Assembly (NCBI RefSeq): GCF_000021865.1
Contig: NC_014034.1
Span: 1,980,001 to 2,012,000 of the forward strand
DNA: 32,000 bases
Reading direction: 5' to 3'
Source: Rhodobacter capsulatus SB 1003
GTDB taxonomy: Bacteria > Pseudomonadota > Alphaproteobacteria > Rhodobacterales > Rhodobacteraceae
Shown: positions 25,685 to 32,000 of the stretch, piece after piece
Numbering within the stretch: the stretch's first letter is position 1
How the letters are laid out: each line of letters opens with the position of its first letter
Position numbers and translations under genes: made by a program
The notes under the pieces: model-generated
What the model was told of the DNA's origin: nothing
The model's input: only the letters and a program-made list of their open reading frames with translations
Databases searched by the model: none

Positions 25685-26473
25685 ATGATCCGGGTCGAGA
25701 ACCTGCACAAGCACTTTGGCGGCTTTCACGCCGTTGACGGTGCCTCGCTAGACATCGCCAAGGGATCGATCACCGGGTTGATCGGTCCGAATGGCGCGGG
25801 CAAGTCGACGCTTTTCAACGTCATCGCCGGGGTGCACAAGCCCACCTCGGGGCGGGTGACGATGGCGGGCGAGGACATCACCGGGCTGAAACCGCACGAG
25901 CTGTTTCACAAGGGGCTGTTGCGCACCTTTCAGATCGCGCATGAATTCCCGACGATGACGGTGCGGGAAAACCTGATGATGGTGCCCTCGGGCCAGTCGG
26001 GCGAGACGCTGTGGAACGCCTGGTTCGGCCGCGGAAGGATCGCCGAGGAAGAGGCGGCCCTTCTGAAGAAGGCCGACGAAGTCCTTGACTTCCTGACGAT
26101 TTCCCATCTGAAGGACGAACGCGCCGGGAACCTTTCGGGCGGGCAAAAGAAGCTTCTGGAACTCGGCCGCACGATGATGGTCGAGGCGAAGATCGTCTTT
26201 CTGGACGAGGTCGGCGCCGGGGTGAACCGCACGCTTCTGAACACGATCGGCGATGCGATCGTGCGTCTGAACAAGGAACGCGGCTATACCTTCTGCGTGA
26301 TCGAGCACGACATGGATTTCATCGGCCGCCTGTGCGATCCGGTGATCGTCATGGCCGAGGGCAAGGTGCTGGCCGAGGGCAGCCCGGCCACGATCATGCA
26401 GAACGAAGCGGTGATCGAGGCCTATCTGGGCCGCGGCCTGAAGAACAAGATCAAGGCGGAGGCGCAACAATGA
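25685..26473 (+). CDS. ABC transporter ATP-binding protein (LivG type)
   Basis: ORF 25625..26473 (+). The start at 25685 has GAGGGGA upstream. It contains Walker A GPNGAGKSTLFN, the signature LSGGQKKLLELGR, Walker B IVFLDEVGAG and the LivG-type C-terminal extension. Confidence 0.9.
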   Translation: MIRVENLHKHFGGFHAVDGASLDIAKGSITGLIGPNGAGKSTLFNVIAGVHKPTSGRVTMAGEDITGLKPHELFHKGLLRTFQIAHEFPTMTVRENLMMVPSGQSGETLWNAWFGRGRIAEEEAALLKKADEVLDFLTISHLKDERAGNLSGGQKKLLELGRTMMVEAKIVFLDEVGAGVNRTLLNTIGDAIVRLNKERGYTFCVIEHDMDFIGRLCDPVIVMAEGKVLAEGSPATIMQNEAVIEAYLGRGLKNKIKAEAQQ

Positions 26474-27174
26474 GCTTTCTCGACGCCTCCGAGATGACCG
26501 GCGGCTATGGCGCCGCCGACATCCTGCACGGCTGCACGCTCAAGGTCGAAAAGGGCCAGATCGCGGTGATCGTCGGCCCGAACGGCGCGGGCAAATCCAC
26601 CGCGATGAAGGCGGTCTTCGGCATGCTGCGTCTGCGCGGCGGCCGGGTGACGCTGGATGGCGAGGACATCACCGCGCTCTCGCCGCAGGAGCGGGTGAAG
26701 AAGGGCATGGGCTTCGTGCCGCAGGTGAACAACGTCTTCCCGACGATGTCGGTCGAGGAAAACCTGGAAATGGGCGCCTTCATCCGCGCCGACGATTTCC
26801 GCGACACGATGGACCAGGTCTATGAGCTGTTCCCGATCCTGCGCGAAAAGCGCCATCAGAACGCCGGGGAGCTCTCGGGCGGGCAGCGCCAGCAGGTCGC
26901 CGTCGGCCGCGCGCTGATGACGAAACCCAAATTATTGATGCTGGACGAACCCACCGCGGGGGTCTCGCCCATCGTCATGGACGAGCTTTTCGACCGCATC
27001 ATCGAGGTGGCGCGGACCGGAATCTCGATCCTGATGGTGGAACAGAACGCCCGGCAGGCGCTGGAAATCGCCGATCAGGGCTATGTTCTGGTGCAGGGCG
27101 CGAACAAATATACCGACACCGGGGCGGCGCTGATGGCCGATCCCGAGGTCCGCCGCACCTTCCTCGGGGGTTGA
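26470..27174 (+). CDS. ABC transporter ATP-binding protein (LivF type)
   Basis: The real start is ATG 26470, overlapping the upstream stop (ATGA). It contains Walker A GPNGAGKSTAMK, the signature LSGGQRQQVAVGRAL and Walker B LLMLDEPTAG. It is 234 aa. Confidence 0.9.
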   Translation: MSFLDASEMTGGYGAADILHGCTLKVEKGQIAVIVGPNGAGKSTAMKAVFGMLRLRGGRVTLDGEDITALSPQERVKKGMGFVPQVNNVFPTMSVEENLEMGAFIRADDFRDTMDQVYELFPILREKRHQNAGELSGGQRQQVAVGRALMTKPKLLMLDEPTAGVSPIVMDELFDRIIEVARTGISILMVEQNARQALEIADQGYVLVQGANKYTDTGAALMADPEVRRTFLGG

Positions 27175-27175
27175 G

Positions 27176-27556
27176 ATGAAAACGCCCCTTCTGGCCGCGC
27201 TGCTGCTGGCCGCGCCCCTGCAGGCCGAGACGATCCACCCCGAGCGCGCCTTCGTGCTGAACTGTCACTTCACCCAGTCCTGCATCTCGGGCGGCTGCGG
27301 CGAGGAAGATTACAACGTGACGCTCGAAACCCGCGGCGCCGAGGCCACCTTCCGCGACCACCGCGCCAAGATCGCCTTGGCGGGCGGCTTCGATCCGGTC
27401 TCGGGGCAAATGAGCTTTGCCTCTCAACCCTCGGACGGATCATCCTATTTCTTCTCCGACTTCGGCGCCTCCGGGGCCGTTTTGTCGATCCACACCCAAT
27501 CCGAGGGACAAGCCCTCGTGATCGCCTTCGAAGGCCGCTGCGAGGAGGTGCAGTGA
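27176..27556 (+). CDS. Small exported hypothetical protein (126 aa, 4 Cys) embedded in the ABC operon
   Basis: The ATG lies 1 nt after the livF-type stop, and its own stop overlaps the permease ATG (TGATG). The signal peptide is MKTPLLAALLLAAPLQA|ET. Third-position GC bias is good. I recognised no family. Confidence 0.65.
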   Translation: MKTPLLAALLLAAPLQAETIHPERAFVLNCHFTQSCISGGCGEEDYNVTLETRGAEATFRDHRAKIALAGGFDPVSGQMSFASQPSDGSSYFFSDFGASGAVLSIHTQSEGQALVIAFEGRCEEVQ

Positions 27557-28563
27557 TGGATATCCTCAATGCCTTCGTGGCGATCCTGAATTACATCATC
27601 GTTCCCGCCACCGCCTATGGCGCGCAACTGGCGCTGGGCGCGCTGGGCGTGACGCTGATCTACGGCATCCTGCGGTTCTCGAACTTCGCCCATGGCGACA
27701 CCATGGCCTTCGGCACCGGGCTGACGATCCTTGTCACCTGGGGGCTGCAATCGGCGGGCATCAGCTTCGGGCCGCTGCCGACGGCGCTGCTGGCCCTGCC
27801 CTTCGGCATCGCCCTGACCGCGGCGATGGTGCTGGCCACCGACAGGGTGGTTTACAGCTATTATCGGAAGGTCCGCGCCGCGCCGATCTACATCACCATG
27901 GTCTCGGTCGGCGTGATGTTCGTGATGAACGGCCTCACCCGGGTGCTGATCGGCGTCGACGAGATCAAATTCGCCGATGGCGCCCGGTTCCTGATCTCGG
28001 CTGCCGATTTCAAGGCCGCGACCGGCCTGACCGAGGCGCTGGCCATCCGCGGCAGCACCGCGATCACCGTGATCACGGCCGGTCTGGTCGTCTGGGCGCT
28101 GTTCTGGTTCCTGGCGAAGACCCGCACCGGCAAGTCGATGCGCGCCTATGCCGACAACGAGGATCTGGCGCTGCTCTCGGGCATCGACCCGAACCGCGTC
28201 GTCGCCGTGACCTGGGTGATCGCCGCGGCGCTGGCCACGATCGCGGGCACGCTTTACGGCCTCGACAAGTCGTTCAAGGCCTTCAACTACTTCCAGCTGC
28301 TGCTGCCGATCTTCGCCGCGGCGATCGTCGGGGGCCTGGGCAGTCCGCTGGGCGCCATCGCGGGCGGCTTCGTGATCGCCTTTTCCGAGGTCTCGATCAC
28401 CTATGCCTGGAAGAAGGTGGCGATGTATCTGATCCCCGGCTACGAACCCGAGGGGCTGCTGCAACTGCTGTCCACCGAATACAAATTCGCGGTGAGCTTC
28501 GCGATCCTGATCATCGTGCTGCTGTTCAAGCCCACCGGTCTGTTCAAAGGAAAATCGGTATGA
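27556..28563 (+). CDS. ABC transporter permease (LivH type)
   Basis: About 335 aa and highly hydrophobic with multiple TM segments. GAGGAGG lies 7 nt upstream of ATG 27556. The track ORF begins one codon earlier, at GTG 27553. Confidence 0.9.
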   Translation: MDILNAFVAILNYIIVPATAYGAQLALGALGVTLIYGILRFSNFAHGDTMAFGTGLTILVTWGLQSAGISFGPLPTALLALPFGIALTAAMVLATDRVVYSYYRKVRAAPIYITMVSVGVMFVMNGLTRVLIGVDEIKFADGARFLISAADFKAATGLTEALAIRGSTAITVITAGLVVWALFWFLAKTRTGKSMRAYADNEDLALLSGIDPNRVVAVTWVIAAALATIAGTLYGLDKSFKAFNYFQLLLPIFAAAIVGGLGSPLGAIAGGFVIAFSEVSITYAWKKVAMYLIPGYEPEGLLQLLSTEYKFAVSFAILIIVLLFKPTGLFKGKSV

Positions 28564-29909
28564 GCACGCATCAACCGAAAGCCGCGAAGGGCGGCAAATG
28601 GCGCGCGCCCGCAATGTTCGGGGCGCTTGCGGTCCTGTTCCTGCTCGAAGGCACGGTCTCGAACAGCTTCTTTTCGGGGCATTGGGACAATGCGCTCGGC
28701 ATCCTGCGGGTCGGGCTGATCTCGGCGATCCTCGCGCTCGGCGTGAACATCCAATGGGGCTATGCGGGGCTTTTCAACACCGGCGTCGTGGGCTTTCTGG
28801 CGCTGGGGGGCCTTGCGCCGGTGCTGGTCTCGATGCCGCCGACCCCGGGCGCCTTTTCGGCCGGGGGCTGGGGCGTTCTGATCGCGATGGTCATCGCCAT
28901 GGCGACGCTCGTCGCCGCCGTCTTCCTGCACGGCCGTCTTGACACGAAGCTGCGCGGCTGGGCCGTGGCCGGGGTTCTGCTGCTGGGCTTCATCGCCTAT
29001 CGCACCCTCTTCGACCCGGCGGTCGAGGCGATCCAGGCGGTCAACCCTTCGGCCTATGGCTATCTGGGCGGCATCGGCCTGCCGGTGCTGATCTCCTGGC
29101 CGGTGGGCGCGCTTCTGGCCGCCGCCGCCGCCTGGGTGGTGGGCAAGACCGCGCTTGGCCTGCGCTCGGACTATCTGGCCATCGCCACGCTCGGCATCGG
29201 CGAAATCATCGTCGCCGTCCTGCGCAACGAGGAATGGCTGGCCCGTGGCGTTTTGAACGTGAACGGGATTCCGCGGCCCTGGCCCGTGCCTTACGAGACG
29301 AACTTGCAACAGGATCCGGGCTTTGTCGCGCGTGCGACCAGCTTCGGGCTGGACCCGATGACCGGCTCGACGCTGCTGGTGAAGCTGCTCTATTGCCTGC
29401 TTTTCGTCGCGGTTCTGGGCCTTCTGATCTGGGCGGCGCAACTCGCGCTGAATTCGCCCTGGGGCCGGATGATGCGCGCGATCCGCGACAACGAGGTCGC
29501 CGCCGCCGCCATGGGCAAGAACGTCACCGGGCGGCATCTGCAGATCTTCATCCTTGGCTCGGCCGTTCTGGGTCTGGCCGGGGCGATGCTGATCTCGCTT
29601 GACGGTCAGATGACCCCCTCGGCCTACAACCCGCTGCGCTACACCTTCCTGATCTGGGTGATGGTGATCGTCGGCGGCTCGGGCAACAACTGGGGCTCGG
29701 TGCTGGGCGGCCTGCTGATCTGGTTCGTCTGGATCAAGGCGGGCGAATGGGGCCCGACGCTGATGGGCATGGTCTCGACCCATCTGGCCGATGGCACGCT
29801 GAAGACCCATCTGCTCGACTCGGCGCCGCACATGCGCCTTGTGATCATGGGGCTGATCCTGCTTTTGGTGCTGCGCTTCAGCCCAAGGGGCCTGCTTCCC
29901 GAACGCTAA
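28560..29909 (+). CDS. ABC transporter permease (LivM type, long form)
   Basis: 449 aa, polytopic. It overlaps the upstream permease stop as ATGA. It contains the LivM-type conserved region GLRSDYLAIATLGIGEI ... AIRDNEVAAAAMGKNV. Confidence 0.9.
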   Translation: MSTHQPKAAKGGKWRAPAMFGALAVLFLLEGTVSNSFFSGHWDNALGILRVGLISAILALGVNIQWGYAGLFNTGVVGFLALGGLAPVLVSMPPTPGAFSAGGWGVLIAMVIAMATLVAAVFLHGRLDTKLRGWAVAGVLLLGFIAYRTLFDPAVEAIQAVNPSAYGYLGGIGLPVLISWPVGALLAAAAAWVVGKTALGLRSDYLAIATLGIGEIIVAVLRNEEWLARGVLNVNGIPRPWPVPYETNLQQDPGFVARATSFGLDPMTGSTLLVKLLYCLLFVAVLGLLIWAAQLALNSPWGRMMRAIRDNEVAAAAMGKNVTGRHLQIFILGSAVLGLAGAMLISLDGQMTPSAYNPLRYTFLIWVMVIVGGSGNNWGSVLGGLLIWFVWIKAGEWGPTLMGMVSTHLADGTLKTHLLDSAPHMRLVIMGLILLLVLRFSPRGLLPER

Positions 29910-29915
29910 GACCGC

Positions 29916-29941
29916 AAAAGGGGCCCTCACCGGCCCCTTTT
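29916..29941. terminator. Bidirectional rho-independent terminator (ABC operon / Cys-rich protein gene)
   Basis: AAAA-GGGGCC-ctcacc-GGCCCC-TTTT is flanked by convergent stops at 29909 and 29946. Confidence 0.75.
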
Positions 29942-29945
29942 CCTT

Positions 29946-30200
29946 TCAATCACAAGCGCAGCCGGGCCCTTTGTGGCAGCTTTTGGAACGGCTGATACAA
30001 CTGTCGCCGCAAGCCTTGCCTTTGCTGCAATGCTTGCAGCAGCCTGCATAAACGGCCTCGGGCGGCGTGGGGGTCAGAAGCGCGACCGCAGCCCGCGTGT
30101 CTTTCAAGGACCCGGTCTCGGCGCCCCGATCATCGGCCATAACCGGAGAGCACAGAAAGATGCCAAACAATACCGCGGCGACAACAGATTTCATGTTCAT
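29946..30200 (-). CDS. Small secreted cysteine-rich protein (84 aa precursor)
   Basis: The signal peptide is MNMKSVVAAVLFGIFLCSPVMA|DD. The C-terminus is GCCKHCSKGKACGDSCISRSKSCHKGPGCACD (8 Cys in 31 residues). The gene is bracketed by a terminator and a divergent promoter region. There is no clear SD and codon usage is atypical, so confidence is moderate. Confidence 0.6.
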   Translation of the reverse strand: MNMKSVVAAVLFGIFLCSPVMADDRGAETGSLKDTRAAVALLTPTPPEAVYAGCCKHCSKGKACGDSCISRSKSCHKGPGCACD

Positions 30201-30313
30201 GGCGAGAATATCCGATCAACAAGATTAACCAAGGTTAACGCGCTGAACCGAGACTGTCACGCCGGAACTTCTGCGCTCTTGCTTTCCGAAACAACCGCCC
30301 CTATTCCGCATCC

Positions 30314-31870
30314 ATGACCCAGCATCAGCGCCTTCTCATCATCGACTTCGGCTCGCAGGTGACCCAACTCATCGCCCGGCGCCTGCGCGAGCTTTCCATC
30401 TACTGCGAAATCCACCCCTATCAGAAGGTGACCGACGCCTTCCTGGCGGATTTCGCCCCCAAGGCCATCATCTTCTCGGGCGGCCCGGATTCGGTCACCC
30501 GGGAGGGTTCCCCCCGCCCGCCGAAATCCGCCTTCGCCCTGGGCGTGCCGATCCTTGGCATCTGCTACGGCCAGCAGGTGATGATGCAGGAACTGGGCGG
30601 TCTTGTGGAAACCGGCCACGGCACCGCCGAATTCGGCCGCGCCTTCGTGACCCCCACGGACGAACGCCTGCCGATCCTGGACGGCTGGTTCGATGCCGGT
30701 CCCGAACAGGTCTGGATGAGCCACGGCGATCACGTCTCGCGCATCGCCCCGGGCTTTGCGGTCTATGGCACCTCGCCCGGTGCGCCCTTTGCGATCACCG
30801 CCGATGTGGCGCGCAACTTCTACGCCGTGCAATTCCACCCCGAGGTGCACCACACGCCCAAAGGCGCGAAGCTTTACGAAAACTTCGTGCGGCTGGCGGG
30901 CTTCACCGGCGACTGGACGATGGCGTCTTACAAAGACGACGCCATTGCGAAAATCCGCGCGCAGGTGGGCGACAAGCGGGTGATCTGCGGCCTTTCGGGC
31001 GGCGTCGACAGCTCGGTTGCGGCCGTGCTCATCCATGAAGCCATCGGCGATCAGCTGACCTGCGTCTTCGTCGATCACGGTCTGATGCGGCTCAACGAGG
31101 CCGACGAGGTCGTCTCGATGTTCCGCGACAATTACAACATCCCGCTGATCCACGCCGACGAGGCCGATCTCTTCATCGGCGCGCTCGAGGGCGTTTCGGA
31201 CCCCGAGGTCAAGCGCAAGACCATCGGCAAGCTTTTCATCGACGTCTTCCAGCGCGAGGCGAACAAGATCGAGGGCGCCGAATTCCTCGCCCAGGGCACG
31301 CTTTACCCCGACGTGATCGAATCGGTCTCGTTCAGTGGCGGGCCTTCGGTGACGATCAAATCGCACCACAATGTCGGCGGCCTGCCGGAAAAGATGGGGC
31401 TGAAGCTGGTCGAACCCCTGCGCGAGCTTTTCAAGGACGAAGTCCGCGCCCTTGGCCGCGAGCTTGGCCTGCCGGAGAAATTCATCGGCCGCCATCCCTT
31501 CCCGGGCCCGGGTCTCGCCATCCGCTGCCCCGGCGAAATCACCCGGGAAAAACTCGACATCCTGCGCAAGGCCGATGCCGTCTATATCGACCAGATCCGC
31601 AAGCACGGGCTTTATGACGAAATCTGGCAGGCTTTCGTCGCGATCCTGCCGGTGAAGACGGTGGGCGTGATGGGCGACGGGCGGACCTATGATTACGCCT
31701 GTGCTTTGCGCGCGGTGACCTCGGTCGATGGCATGACGGCGGATTATTACCCGTTCAGCCATGACTTCCTGGGCGAGACCGCGACGCGGATCATCAATGA
31801 AGTCAAGGGCATCAACCGGGTGACCTATGACATCACCTCAAAGCCCCCGGGCACGATCGAATGGGAGTGA
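30314..31870 (+). CDS. guaA: GMP synthase (glutamine-hydrolysing)
   Basis: 518 aa. It contains the GATase active site GICYGQQ, the PP-loop [10 protein letters not shown], and the C-terminal dimerisation domain ending PPGTIEWE. Confidence 0.95.
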   Translation: MTQHQRLLIIDFGSQVTQLIARRLRELSIYCEIHPYQKVTDAFLADFAPKAIIFSGGPDSVTREGSPRPPKSAFALGVPILGICYGQQVMMQELGGLVETGHGTAEFGRAFVTPTDERLPILDGWFDAGPEQVWMSHGDHVSRIAPGFAVYGTSPGAPFAITADVARNFYAVQFHPEVHHTPKGAKLYENFVRLAGFTGDWTMASYKDDAIAKIRAQVGDKRVICGLSGGVDSSVAAVLIHEAIGDQLTCVFVDHGLMRLNEADEVVSMFRDNYNIPLIHADEADLFIGALEGVSDPEVKRKTIGKLFIDVFQREANKIEGAEFLAQGTLYPDVIESVSFSGGPSVTIKSHHNVGGLPEKMGLKLVEPLRELFKDEVRALGRELGLPEKFIGRHPFPGPGLAIRCPGEITREKLDILRKADAVYIDQIRKHGLYDEIWQAFVAILPVKTVGVMGDGRTYDYACALRAVTSVDGMTADYYPFSHDFLGETATRIINEVKGINRVTYDITSKPPGTIEWE

Positions 31871-31891
31871 CCCGCAAGGGTCGCTTTTGCA

Positions 31892-31924
31892 AGGCCTGAC
31901 CGCCCGGCGCGGTCAGGCCTTTTT
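31892..31924. terminator. Rho-independent terminator after guaA (also faces the convergent partial gene)
   Basis: AGGCCTGACCGC-ccggc-GCGGTCAGGCCT-TTTT. The stem is a perfect 12 bp. Confidence 0.8.
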
Positions 31925-31930
31925 CATGGC

Positions 31931-32000
31931 TTACCGCCGCGCCAGGGCCTCGGTCAGCAGGTCTTTCAGCACCTCACGCGGCACGTCCGAAGTGACAAAA
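31931..32000 (-). CDS. 3' end of an unidentified minus-strand gene (partial)
   Basis: The minus-strand reading frame ...FVTSDVPREVLKDLLTEALARR* ends at the TAA complementary to 31931..31933, with GC-rich third positions. It is too short to identify. Confidence 0.35.
   Translation of the reverse strand, partial: FVTSDVPREVLKDLLTEALARR

Overview
High-GC (~65%) alphaproteobacterial chromosome. Gene content and order fit a Rhodobacter/Cereibacter-type purple non-sulfur bacterium, but that assignment is inference only. The window is almost entirely core carbon and nucleotide metabolism. From left to right: (i) the start of a Calvin-cycle cbb operon (cbbF-cbbP, minus strand) divergent from its LysR regulator cbbR, then a quinone oxidoreductase. 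(ii) A six-gene minus-strand glycogen operon, glgP-glgB-glgC-glgA-glgX-pgm, with ATGA start/stop overlaps at glgA/glgX and glgX/pgm. (iii) A divergent GH13 alpha-glucosidase. (iv) A soluble PAS histidine kinase divergent from a 132-aa unknown protein. (v) A yicC-gmk-gamma-carbonic-anhydrase-like operon. (vi) A PAS_5/DUF1457-like protein. (vii) A class II DAHP synthase. (viii) A GlxA-type AraC regulator followed by a LivJ/G/F/H/M-type ABC importer. (ix) A small secreted Cys-rich protein. (x) guaA. I found no tRNA or rRNA genes, CRISPR arrays, transposases, integrases or phage or defence genes. I see no convincing large undescribed system. Most long ORFs in the track are antisense shadow ORFs of the real genes, as expected at this GC content. 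The features most worth follow-up are small. One is a signal-peptide 126-aa protein translationally wedged between the ATPase and permease genes of the ABC operon. Another is an 84-aa exported protein with 8 Cys in its last 31 residues, atypical codon usage and an AT-rich palindrome in its promoter. A third is an orphan soluble histidine kinase paired with a possible receiver-like protein that lacks the acceptor Asp. The rest are several short repeat or hairpin elements in intergenic regions. All functional calls rest on motif recognition by eye, since no searches could be run.
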